Source: Candidatus Latescibacterota bacterium (GTDB lineage: Bacteria; Latescibacterota; UBA2968). Taken from it: 64,000 nucleotides of DNA. Positions 48,547 to 58,610 of this stretch are shown here, in pieces. The number at the start of each line of letters is the position of its first letter. The first letter of the stretch is position 1. Under the pieces are notes generated by a model. It saw only the letters and a program-made list of their open reading frames with translations, had not been told where the DNA came from and did no database searches. A program made the position numbers and the translations under genes. The stretch spans positions 5,952,001 through 6,016,000 of the forward strand of contig OZ244960.1 in the NCBI GenBank assembly GCA_965222605.1. The letters run 5' to 3'.

Positions 48547-50109
48547 ATGACCAGAACCACACATAAATCGCCTATTTCTATTGACCGGAGGGATTTTATT
48601 CACCTGGCCGGGCTCGGCGCAATGGGTGCGCTTGTTCTGGGGCTGGATGTTCCAGTTGTCGCACAAAAACAACCCAATTTTATTTTTATGCTTTCTGACG
48701 ATCAGGGTTGGGATGGCCTTTCGGTACAGATGGACGATGCGATTTCCGGATCAAAGAGCGACTTTTATCAAACGCCCAATTTGGAGAAATTTGCACAACA
48801 GGGCATGCGTTTTTCGGCTGCTTATTCGCCTTCGCCTGTCTGTTCGCCAACGCGATGTAGTCTTCAAACGGGCAAGAGTCCGGCGCAGAACCGCTGGACA
48901 AAGGCAGCCCCAATTAAGACCGCCGCAGATGGCTATAAACTCATCCCGCCGATGCATGGCAAAAATCTCTCCAATAGTGAGACGACAATTGCTAAAATGT
49001 TGAAACAGGCCGGTTATGCCACAGCACATTATGGCAAATGGCATCTCGGTGGCGGTGGTCCTGGAAACCACGGGTATGACGTACACGATGGAAATACAGG
49101 GAATAGGGATGCGGCTCCTTTTATCGATCCCAATCCGGTAGATATCTTCGGTATGTCCAGGCGTGCCAATGCGTTTATGGAGGAGAATACAGAAGCTGGC
49201 AAGCCGTTTTTTATTCAGTTGTCTTATTATGCTCTGCATTATCCTCAGAATGCACTGGCAAGTACGAGGCAGGCATACGAAAATCGACCGAAAGGGCGCG
49301 TCCATCGGGATGTCAACCGCGCGGCTATTACTGAAGACCTGGATACAGGTGTGGGTATGATCATGGATCAAGTTGAGAAACTCGGCATAGGTGGTCACAC
49401 GTATCTGATTTATATGTCCGATAATGGTGCTGGCGGCAACCGGGGTGTATTGCGCGGTGGGAAGGGGTCTTTGTGGGAAGGTGGTATTCGTGTGCCGTTG
49501 ATCATCCAGGGACCTGGTATAGAGCCAAATACATTATGTCACGAACGCGTGGTCGGCTTCGATCTGTTTCCCACGCTTTGCGAATTGGGAGGTGTGAGCC
49601 AGTCTCTGCCTGCAGGTATTGAGGGCGGTAGCATCACGTCGTTATTATCTGGTGGCAAGGGCGCGGTCGAGAGACCTCATGAGGAACTCGTTTTCCATTT
49701 CCCACATTATCAAAGTGCAGATGGACCGCATTCAGCTATTGTGCAAGGCGATCTCAAGTTGATCAAGTTTTACGAGACCGATGACGTGCGATTATACGAT
49801 TTGGTCAATGATATCGGAGAACAAAATGACCTGTCCAAAGATATGGGGGAAAAAGCGATGCACCTGCGCGAACGCCTCGAACAGTATCTCGATTCAGTTG
49901 ACGCTCAGATGCCTGTGCCCAATCCGAATTATGGGACAGACAAGTCAAGTGATTTTAATGGTGATGGTCAAATTGATCTCCGGGATTTTCTCGAATTTGC
50001 CAGAGCTTATGGGTCGGAGGAAGCCCGGTTTGATCTGGACAATAGCGGGCGTGTGGATTTTGCCGATTTTTTGAAGTTTGTACAGGATTTTGGAGATGGT
50101 GGGAATTAA
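48547..50109 (+). CDS. Tat-exported sulfatase with C-terminal dockerin/EF-hand-like repeats
   Basis: DRRDF Tat motif, PNF...DD, CSPTR, GKWH, SDNG, EGGIRVP. Tail has DFNGDGQID and DLDNSGRVD. Confidence 0.92.
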   Translation: MTRTTHKSPISIDRRDFIHLAGLGAMGALVLGLDVPVVAQKQPNFIFMLSDDQGWDGLSVQMDDAISGSKSDFYQTPNLEKFAQQGMRFSAAYSPSPVCSPTRCSLQTGKSPAQNRWTKAAPIKTAADGYKLIPPMHGKNLSNSETTIAKMLKQAGYATAHYGKWHLGGGGPGNHGYDVHDGNTGNRDAAPFIDPNPVDIFGMSRRANAFMEENTEAGKPFFIQLSYYALHYPQNALASTRQAYENRPKGRVHRDVNRAAITEDLDTGVGMIMDQVEKLGIGGHTYLIYMSDNGAGGNRGVLRGGKGSLWEGGIRVPLIIQGPGIEPNTLCHERVVGFDLFPTLCELGGVSQSLPAGIEGGSITSLLSGGKGAVERPHEELVFHFPHYQSADGPHSAIVQGDLKLIKFYETDDVRLYDLVNDIGEQNDLSKDMGEKAMHLRERLEQYLDSVDAQMPVPNPNYGTDKSSDFNGDGQIDLRDFLEFARAYGSEEARFDLDNSGRVDFADFLKFVQDFGDGGN

Positions 50110-50126
50110 CAAAGAGGAGTGGCTCA

Positions 50127-51539
50127 ATGAAACGGAGAGAATTTCTCGGTGTGGTTGGTGCTGGTGTATGCGGGATGGCCGTTTCCAATGCGTTTGGTCA
50201 AGTTACGTCTAAGCGTTCCAATTTTGTATTTATTCAGGGTGAAGCGCAGGGTTGGACGAGTCTGTCTGTGCCAATGGATGATCGGGAGCCCAATTCGGCG
50301 AGTGATTTTCTTTATACGCCCAATTTGACGAAGCTGGCTGAAGATGGGATGCGTTTTTCGAATTTTTACGCGCCTTCCCCGCGATGCACACCGTCGCGAG
50401 TTTCATATCTTACGGGGAAAAGTCCGGCGAAATTGCGAATGACGTTTGTGAATCAAGTTGTTGGTAATACGAAACTGATTCCGCCAAGGCCCTTGTTGGA
50501 GATGCCGGTCGAAGAGATTACTATTGCCGATTATTTGAAACAGGAGGGGTATGTCGCGGCGCATTTTGGCAAGTGGCATATGGGGAGAAAAGATCCGGGT
50601 TTCCACGGTTTTGATGAGAGTGATGGCCCAAATAATAATGGTGGGCCTGAAAATGTTCGCGATCCCAATCCGAAGCAGGCGTATGCAATAGCCGAAAAAG
50701 GTATGGCGTTTATAGAGCGTCAGGTTGGAGCGAGAAATCCTTTCTATTTGCAGTTGGATCAATATTCGAGTCGGCGTGGAGAGCATGCCTTGCCGGAAAC
50801 GCTGAAGGAGATACAACAGCGTGCTGGTGGGACAGATAATAGGCGTTTGGGAGAAATAGCTGCTTGCCTGGATATTGATAAGACTATTGGTATGGTTCTG
50901 GATAAAATTGAGGAACTGAATATTGCCGATAACACGTATGTATTTTACTCTGCTGATCACGGCACGCCGGGACGGATGTCAAATGCGCCGCTGACGCTGG
51001 GGAAAGGCTCGGTTTGGGAGGGTGGTTTGCGCGTTCCACTATTGGTTCGGGGGCCGGGGATTATGGCTGGCGCGTTTGCTTATGCCCGGACAATGGGTAT
51101 TGATTTATTGCCGACCATTGCAGAATTGTCTCAGGGCAATAGCTCTTTGCCCGGGGATGTTGAAGGCGGGAGCCTTGTACCTATTTTGAGGAATCGGGGT
51201 AAAGGTGAAGTGAAGCGGTCACGCGAGGAACTCGTTTTTCATTTTCCACATTACGATATGGATCCCGCGGGACCTGCATCGGCAATTGTGTTGGGCAATT
51301 ACAAGCTGATCAAATTTTATGAGACCAATAAATTACACCTGTTTGATCTGAGTAAAGATATGGGTGAGAAGAACGATCTGGCAGATCGCAAACCAGAGGT
51401 TGTTGCGAAATTGCACGATCGGCTGAATGAATATTTATCCTCAGTTGATGCCCAAATGCCCCAGTCCAATCCGAATTACGATCCGAGTAAGCCGGTCGAT
51501 GAGCGAAGGCGGAGAAATAATCGGAGAAGGCGGGATTAG
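50127..51539 (+). CDS. Tat-exported sulfatase
   Basis: KRREF Tat motif, CTPSR, GKWH, ADHG, EGGLRVP. Confidence 0.9.
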   Translation: MKRREFLGVVGAGVCGMAVSNAFGQVTSKRSNFVFIQGEAQGWTSLSVPMDDREPNSASDFLYTPNLTKLAEDGMRFSNFYAPSPRCTPSRVSYLTGKSPAKLRMTFVNQVVGNTKLIPPRPLLEMPVEEITIADYLKQEGYVAAHFGKWHMGRKDPGFHGFDESDGPNNNGGPENVRDPNPKQAYAIAEKGMAFIERQVGARNPFYLQLDQYSSRRGEHALPETLKEIQQRAGGTDNRRLGEIAACLDIDKTIGMVLDKIEELNIADNTYVFYSADHGTPGRMSNAPLTLGKGSVWEGGLRVPLLVRGPGIMAGAFAYARTMGIDLLPTIAELSQGNSSLPGDVEGGSLVPILRNRGKGEVKRSREELVFHFPHYDMDPAGPASAIVLGNYKLIKFYETNKLHLFDLSKDMGEKNDLADRKPEVVAKLHDRLNEYLSSVDAQMPQSNPNYDPSKPVDERRRRNNRRRRD

Positions 51540-51563
51540 TATTGATTCTGCCTTCGTTTTTTT
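51526..51563 (+). terminator. Intrinsic terminator
   Basis: GAAGGCGGGATTA-gtat-TGATTCTGCCTTC followed by G and T7. Confidence 0.7.
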
Positions 51564-51608
51564 GTATCGCCTTGAGCCTCACCTTGTTTATAAATGGCGC
51601 GCATCCGA

Positions 51609-51893
51609 AAACTCACCGCCTATATCTGTAATCTGCGTCCAGATTCCGTCCTTGGAAGGATCGAAAACAGATCTGAACCCGCCTTTTCCTCCATCGTTTG
51701 CCGCGCTTAATAATCCCACAAATAGTGAATCGCTTCCGCGATCTACTTCTATTGTTCCTCTATCCAATCCATCCACTTCACGAGCCGTGAAAGGTATCTT
51801 GATACCCTTTCGTTTGAAAATGGTGTCAGGTGGATATACAACTCTCGGATCTCATCGAGAAAGTTGATCTACCGTGAGTATGACGCCTTTAAA
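51609..51893. repeat. Degenerate ~290-bp direct repeat, copy 2 (pseudogenic remnant of the nucleotidyltransferase 3' end and next gene start)
   Basis: Aligns with 47400-47690 with indels, and the downstream ATG is lost. Confidence 0.85.
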
Positions 51894-51989
51894 CGACATT
51901 CTGCCCAATTTATGTTTTTATCTTTTATCTATTTAAAGACGTTTGTATATTGATTAGCTATTGGCGCAGATTACTAATTTTGCGGAGTT

Positions 51990-53555
51990 TTGATGAAAAT
52001 TCTTCTTACTTTTACGGGCTTTCATGACCCATATTCATTGGGTTTGGTTGGCGAAGAAGAGCAGCCTGGGCCCATTTTGTCTCTTATAGGGGCTGTGCCG
52101 TTTGACAAGGTCGTTCTCTTGTCAACACCTGCAACAGAGAGCCATACTGCTGGGACACGGGAGGCGCTTGAACGGACACATTCAGAGATATCTGTAGAAA
52201 TACTGGATTTTCCGCTTGCTGACCCTACGGATTACCATGCCATCATTCAGGAACTTCGAGAGAAGATTCCTCCGGTTCTGGGGAAATTCCCAGATGCGAA
52301 ATTCTCTATCTCAGTCGCCTCAGGGACACCGCAAATGCACGCGAGCTGGGTGCTCTTAACCGCTAGTGGAGAGATTCCTGCTCAGATCCTTCATGTTCGC
52401 CCGCCCAGGTTTGTTACGAAAGACCGACCTCTCGTATCAGAGGTCAAGCTGGCTCCGACCTATACGCAGCCTTTAAAGGAAGGGTTTAATCTCAAACTTG
52501 CTGAATTTCGACAAGAGTCAACAGCCCTCTTTTCACCAAGCGATGCGAAAGTGTCGGAAGTACCGGAACCCTACTTTACGCCAGATTTGGATGAAATCGT
52601 CGCGCAAATGGGGATTGTTGGAGAGCATCAGAGCGTTCGAAAGGCCATTGAAATTACGGATCAGCTTGCGGGATCAGACTTTCCGCTTCTTATTTTGGGA
52701 GAAACGGGCACGGGAAAGGAGTTATTTGCCAAACTTGCGCATCGGCTCAGTAGAAGGCCTCCAGACAAGTTTGTTACTTTGAGCAGTCCCAATATACCCC
52801 ATGAACTGGTTGAAAGTATGTTGTTTGGCCACAAAAAAGGCGCGTTTACCGGGGCTGTTCGTAATCAGACAGGTAAGTTTGAGCAAGCGGATGGAGGTAC
52901 GCTTTTTTTGGATGAAATCGGGGAACTCCCGCTGCCTACGCAGGCAAAATTGCTGCGTGTGTTGCAGGATGGTATTATTGAACCGCTCGGTAGCACAAAG
53001 AGCAAGCAGGTCAATGTGAGGATTGTTGCGGCGACAAATCGCGATCTGTTGGAAGAAATTAAAGCAGGAAATTTTCGGGAGGATCTGTATTACAGACTGC
53101 GAGGAGGAGAGATACGACTTCCTTCTTTACGGGAACGTAGAAGTGATGTTGGTAAGTTGGCACTGAATATCCTGGATCGCGTGAATGCCAGTTTGCGATA
53201 TCCAAAGCGGTTTACCCGGGAAGCCTTGAATCGTCTGGAGAGTTTTAGTTGGCCGGGGAATGTTCGTGAACTGGAATTTGTGATTGAGCGTTCAGCGCGG
53301 CTCGCTCGAAAGGAGTTGCTGGATGCAGATGACATCGTATTCGATGCGCCAGCTTCTGGAACAGACCCCTTTGCATCACTTCCGGAACCACATGATGGAT
53401 TCTATATGAACGATTATCTTAAGAGCGTGCGCAAGCAATTGATGCTTCGCGCCCTGGAAATTGCCAATGGGAATCAGAGCCAGGCGGCAAAGCTGTTGGG
53501 GGTTACGGCACAGGCCGTGCATAACTTCATCAAGGACGAAGATGGAAAGTCGTGA
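51990..53555 (+). CDS. Sigma54-dependent activator with RtcR/CARF-like N-terminal sensor
   Basis: GETGTGKE, GAFTGA, LFLDEIGE, FREDLYYRL, WPGNVREL and Fis HTH. N-terminus has TG.HDP...DPTDY...SGTPQM and no receiver domain. Confidence 0.88.
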   Translation: MMKILLTFTGFHDPYSLGLVGEEEQPGPILSLIGAVPFDKVVLLSTPATESHTAGTREALERTHSEISVEILDFPLADPTDYHAIIQELREKIPPVLGKFPDAKFSISVASGTPQMHASWVLLTASGEIPAQILHVRPPRFVTKDRPLVSEVKLAPTYTQPLKEGFNLKLAEFRQESTALFSPSDAKVSEVPEPYFTPDLDEIVAQMGIVGEHQSVRKAIEITDQLAGSDFPLLILGETGTGKELFAKLAHRLSRRPPDKFVTLSSPNIPHELVESMLFGHKKGAFTGAVRNQTGKFEQADGGTLFLDEIGELPLPTQAKLLRVLQDGIIEPLGSTKSKQVNVRIVAATNRDLLEEIKAGNFREDLYYRLRGGEIRLPSLRERRSDVGKLALNILDRVNASLRYPKRFTREALNRLESFSWPGNVRELEFVIERSARLARKELLDADDIVFDAPASGTDPFASLPEPHDGFYMNDYLKSVRKQLMLRALEIANGNQSQAAKLLGVTAQAVHNFIKDEDGKS

Positions 53556-53559
53556 AGAT

Positions 53560-53596
53560 TTAAACGTGGGTTGAAAAGGCTTTAACTTATCTTGAA
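53560..53596. promoter_or_regulatory. Tandem putative enhancer sites (TTxAA-N6-TTGAA, twice)
   Basis: TTAAACGTGGGTTGAA at 53560 and TTTAACTTATCTTGAA at 53581, starts 21 bp apart. Confidence 0.55.
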
Positions 53597-53628
53597 TGTA
53601 TCAGAGGAGGAAAATCAAGTTCGTATTT

Positions 53629-53641
53629 TAATGTATTGATT
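53629..53641 (-). promoter_or_regulatory. IHF binding site
   Basis: The reverse complement AATCAATACATTA matches WATCAANNNNTTR. Confidence 0.6.
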
Positions 53642-53670
53642 TTATAGGTTTTATGGTTTGTTTATGATTT

Positions 53671-53686
53671 TGGCACATGGTTTGCT
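53671..53686 (+). promoter_or_regulatory. Sigma54 -24/-12 promoter
   Basis: TGGCAC-ATGGT-TTGCT with GG-N10-GC spacing, 45 bp upstream of ATG 53732. Confidence 0.85.
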
Positions 53687-53731
53687 GCACATAGTGATAA
53701 ACTATCACTCTTCACATTTAGGAGGCAGACT

Positions 53732-54013
53732 ATGGCAATGTTCAGAGTCGTAAATATAGTTGATGGAGACACATTTGATGTGTCGTCCTGGAAGTGGAAA
53801 GGACAGACAGGAACTCGGGTGCGCCCAACGGGTTACGATGCACCTGAGCTTTCATCATCTCAAGGACAAGCAGCTAAGAGAAAATTGACGAATCTAATTT
53901 TGGGGAAGGACGTTGAGTTGCGGCAGGCACACCGAATTGATAGAGGACGTCTCGTGTGCGACGTTTACTACAACGGGGTTTATCTGGCTCACTACTTTCC
54001 CGAATATCAATAG
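53732..54013 (+). CDS. Minimal staphylococcal-nuclease (SNase) family protein
   Basis: AGGAGG RBS. Motifs IVDGDTF, RVR..GYDAPE, GR.VCDVY. Confidence 0.8.
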   Translation: MAMFRVVNIVDGDTFDVSSWKWKGQTGTRVRPTGYDAPELSSSQGQAAKRKLTNLILGKDVELRQAHRIDRGRLVCDVYYNGVYLAHYFPEYQ

Positions 54014-54028
54014 GTGGGGTATATCTAA

Positions 54029-54874
54029 GTGAAGCGGAAATTTCAGGTCTGCAATGGCTATTATCTTGAATTTGAGCAACTTGCCAGAGTATTGAATTTT
54101 CTAAAAGCCAATCTTGATGCTAAAAAGATTAGTCGGGCTGATCTGATGGATGGGACAGGGCTCTCAGAGCGGCAGATCGAAAGTCTGGTAAGTGTTGGAG
54201 CTGCGATGGATTTGATTCAGCGTGGCAAGCAGATCCTTAGCGAGTCCGGTAGATTGATTGCCGAGAATGATATTTTTATTGAGGCAAAGGGATCTCTGGA
54301 ATGGTGTCATTACAAAGGTGCTGGTAATTATCGAAACCTAATCTGGTACGATATTTTTAATGTCATTCTTCCCTATGAATCGCCTATGACGTCTGAAGGG
54401 TGGATGGCCCATCTAAGGGAGATTTTGGCTGGGCAGTACACGGACAGGACGATTGGCAAGCATCTTCAAGAGGAAGTTCGTTTTGTTGAGAACGCATACC
54501 TTGAACGGAATTTTGGACGTCTTGAACTGCTGTATCAGAGTTCAGAGAATTTCATAAGCCGTCGCCGTCATTCTAATCCCGATCCCAAGGTTTTTGCCGC
54601 CATTCTCTACGCCTATGCTGAGGTTCATAATGCGAATTTGCATCAGGTAAAAGATCTTGTGGAAACGGTGGGTGCTCCAGGTTTTTTGTTTGCTCTCGAC
54701 GAGGGTACACTCAGATTGATTTTAGAGGAACTGCATAAGCGCGGTTGGATTCGCTTTGAGGGTACTCATAATCTGGATCAGGTTCGGCTGAAAAGCGAAT
54801 TCTCGTACCTTGATTTTCTCGCAGCCTATTATGAAGATCGCGAACCCGAGGCAAAATCAGTCTCAAAAGGATAG
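54029..54874 (+). CDS. DUF4007 family protein (SspB/BrxP-N-like)
   Basis: Winged-HTH pattern with LS..G.LI...D.F.E...LEW.HY...W...FN. Confidence 0.65.
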   Translation: MKRKFQVCNGYYLEFEQLARVLNFLKANLDAKKISRADLMDGTGLSERQIESLVSVGAAMDLIQRGKQILSESGRLIAENDIFIEAKGSLEWCHYKGAGNYRNLIWYDIFNVILPYESPMTSEGWMAHLREILAGQYTDRTIGKHLQEEVRFVENAYLERNFGRLELLYQSSENFISRRRHSNPDPKVFAAILYAYAEVHNANLHQVKDLVETVGAPGFLFALDEGTLRLILEELHKRGWIRFEGTHNLDQVRLKSEFSYLDFLAAYYEDREPEAKSVSKG

Positions 54875-54884
54875 GGACGCATTC

Positions 54885-55352
54885 GTGAATGATGGCATCG
54901 ATATTATCAAGCAGGCAAAGGGATTGCCCCAAAGACCAAGGGGTAGAGCGTGTATTGTTTTGACGCACAAACATGAGGAGCAAAGGGCCTGGGCTAAGGA
55001 ACTGGCCGTGCAAATGGGTGCACATCATCTCGATCTGTTGGATCATTTTGCATCTCATCCAGATTTGACAGAGAATATTGGGCAATTTACAATTCAGAAC
55101 CTGTTCGATTTGCTGTCCTCAATGAGGAATCAGAAGGTTTTGATTGTGACCGGTTTGGAGTTTTTGTTGGCAACATGGACGGGCAGTCCTAGTGCGATGG
55201 AGCAATTTGCGCATCAGATTGAATCCTGGGATAAATCGCCAGCCTTGCTGATTGTCATGCAATACGATGGTGCGCTGGCTACCAGAAGGTTCACACGATA
55301 CCCTCAGTATAAATTCGTTGTAGATCAAAAGGAGACGTTTGCACTGTTATGA
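54885..55352 (+). CDS. Small degenerate P-loop protein, BrxF-like
   Basis: 155 aa from GTG 54885, alpha/beta pattern with VLIVTGLEFL and no Walker A. Its stop overlaps the MTase start (ATGA). Confidence 0.45.
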   Translation: MNDGIDIIKQAKGLPQRPRGRACIVLTHKHEEQRAWAKELAVQMGAHHLDLLDHFASHPDLTENIGQFTIQNLFDLLSSMRNQKVLIVTGLEFLLATWTGSPSAMEQFAHQIESWDKSPALLIVMQYDGALATRRFTRYPQYKFVVDQKETFALL

Positions 55353-58300
55353 AAAATCAAGGTCTTTTTAGCACATTATTCATTGAAGACATTCAGAAAG
55401 AAACAGAACTGGACGATATGGGCGGGGGTCGTATGACCGCCCTGGCTCAAGCCTGGCAAGCGTGCAATCGAGGCTCTGCTGATGATCTATGGGAAAGTTT
55501 TGTCAAGCAGGCGGTTAGTTACCTGGAGTTCGCGCCGCGCGCTGCACCGGCTGTTCCTGGAATTTATCTCCTGTATGAAGATTGGGGATTTAGGAACTGC
55601 CTTTCAGTGCTTTGTCTTGTTGATCCAAAAGGAGATATGGATGATACGCGTGTGGGGCACTTCTGGGTTGGCAAGCTTATTGCCGAACTGAAGGCCTGCA
55701 GTCTCAATTGGGGCATTTTGACGGATGGGAGTTGCTGGCGACTTTATTCCTTAAAGACAGCAAAGCCCTATGAAGAGTACGTTGAATTGCCTCTATCGAA
55801 TGCCCTTGAAAACAATGACGAAGCCGAATATGCTTTGTTTGAGCATTTTTTTCATCGTGATGTTTTTGTGCCAGAGCGACCTGATGAAGATGAGGATGAT
55901 GCAGAAGATGAGAAGGCTACTGTCAAGGAGCTTTACAAGTGCCGTCTGGATAGAGATGGAGAGCAATCTGAAGAGATTCTGGAGGAATATGTAAAATCTC
56001 CACTGCTGAATCAGGTTGATGAAGTCCTCCAATATATCTGCAACGGATTCATTGCGGATACGTCCCGCAAAGGGGGAGAGTACACGGAAGATGAGCGCCG
56101 CGAGATCTTTGAAAGTGCCGTCAAACTCCTCTACCGGTGTTTGTTCCTTTTTTATGCTGAATCACGTCATCTGTTGCCCTCAGATACAGAAAAAACCGAA
56201 GTCTATGAAGAGGGGCTTTCGATTTATGCGTTGTGCCGGGAGGCACATGGTTTTCGTTGGGGGAAGCGTAGTGACCACGGAGAGTATGATCTCTGGCAGC
56301 ACTTGAAAGGGCTGATCAGCGCGGTGAACGATGGCGACTCAGAATACGGGATTATGGGATACGATGGTGGCCTTTTCGACGATGAAGAGGAACTCTTTCT
56401 TGGGCAGCATCGACTGCGGAATGATTTCCTTGCTCGTGCCCTTTATCTGTTGGCTTTCGTTGAGCCTTATAATTCTGATCCAGAAGAAGAATATGAGATT
56501 CCCTATGAGGATCTGGAAGTTCGGCATCTGGGAGAACTGTATGAGAACATCCTGGAATTCAACGTTATGTTGGCCGAAGTAGATATGGTTCGGGTGCAGT
56601 CCAAGAAAGGCACTCAGATCCTTCCAAACACCGAAGTAAAGCAAAGGGCGTCGTCGCGCCTAATAAAAAAAGGGGATGTCTATTTTGGCGAGACTGCACT
56701 TGAGCGGAAGCAGACGGGATCGTATTACACACCGGAGTCATTGGTTCATTTCCTCAACCAGAAGGCTATTATACAGCCCTTAAAGGAGCGCTTTGAAAGT
56801 GATTTCAGGGAGCGGTTTGATCAATTTCTGGAGCAAGCTACTGAAGGATTTGATTCGTCAACGCGGAGCGGGGCCGTTCAATCTGCAGTCGCACTGATAG
56901 AGCGATTCGTGAACGAGGTTGTTCTGGATTTTAAAGTTTGCGATCCGGCAATGGGCAGTGGGCATTTCCTGGTTAATGCGTCAAACCAAATGACGGTTCT
57001 GGTGGTCGATCTGTTTACAGAAATCCCGGTAGCTGAGGGATTCAACTCTGACTTGAATTGTGAGATCAACTATTGGAGAAGGCTGATCACTCGACATTGT
57101 CTCTATGGAGTGGACCTGAATCCTTTGGCAGTTCATCTGGCCAGACTTTCTCTCTGGCTGAACAGCTTTGCGAGGGATCATAAATTGACATTTTTGGATC
57201 ACCATTTGCGGTGTGGGAATAGTCTGATTGGAATCCGATCCCTTAGCCAGCTTCGAAAAATACCTAAAAGGAAAAAGGATCGTCGCAGAAAAACAGATCA
57301 GGAAGAGCTTTTTGATTTGACCCAGTTGTCAAGTATCCTTGATGTTGCTGCTAATACGACACTGAAGATTACCGAAGTTGATGAGGACGATACAGATAGG
57401 CAGAAAGGCATGTTCAGTCAGGCTCAAGATGCTACTGCCGATTTTCATCCATTGGCAGATCTGTTTACAGCCTATTTAATGGATTTAGACATTCAGATAG
57501 TTGATTATAGGGATCTCTTCGAATGTTTGGCAACCGGAAAGTCTGTTTCTAAGACTTTAAATCCTTACTTACCGGAACTTTTGGAATCTATCGGTGCTTA
57601 TCGTGAGAAGCACCAATTCTACCATTGGCCGTTAGAATTCCCTGATGTTTTCGCTCCTGGAGCTATGGGAGGGTTCTCTGCAACAGTTGGAAATCCTCCG
57701 TGGGATATTTTGAAACCTAATTCGCAAGAATTTTTCTATGCGTATGATTCAAAGTTCCGCTCCTATAATAAAAAGGAAGCTAATAGTGTATGCGAGAAAA
57801 TACTCAACCAGAATCTAAGTATACAAGCAAAATGGGAAGATTACTGCGCACGTTTTAGCCAACAGAGTTCATATACAAGGGAACCCTTGACATATCAATT
57901 TCAGGGCAGAGGAGACATAAATACGTACAAGCTTTTCCTTGAGCTGTTCTTTATTCTACTAAATGATAGTGGGTATATTGGCATTCTTGTGCCTAGTGGA
58001 TTATATACAGACCAAGGATGCGCACTGCTGCGAAGATTGTTCTTTGAAAATACGCATGTGGATAGTTTGTTCTGTTTTGAGAATAAAGGTATTTTCAATA
58101 TTCACAGAAGTTATAAGTTTGTCACCTTCTGTACAAGGAAGGGTGAATCTTCTGGTAGGCTCAAATGTGCATTTATGGAACACGATCCAGATAGCTTACC
58201 TCGATTAGAGAAGAATTCGCTCGAAATAAATGTAAACCAAATAAAGAAACTTGCCCCAGAGAACCTAAATATTTTTGAGTTCCAAAATCAACAAGAAATA

Positions 58301-58610
58301 GACATTATCGAGAAGATATATTCCGATCATCCTCCATTAGGGCAGAAATCCAACTCCCCCTGGTCTGTGCTGTTCACTAGAGAGATAGACAATATGGGTG
58401 ACATGGAGATGCTAAATCAAGATGGTTTCGGGGTCCCTCTGTATGAAGGAAAGATGATTCACCAATACAATCCAAACTTCGCCAAAAATAACTATTGGAT
58501 TGACCCGGATAGAGCACGAACAAAACTCAAAAAGTTTCCGGAACAAAAACTGATAAATGCGGATCATTATCGTCTTGTAAATCGCCGCCAAGCACGGACA
58601 ACCGATACTA

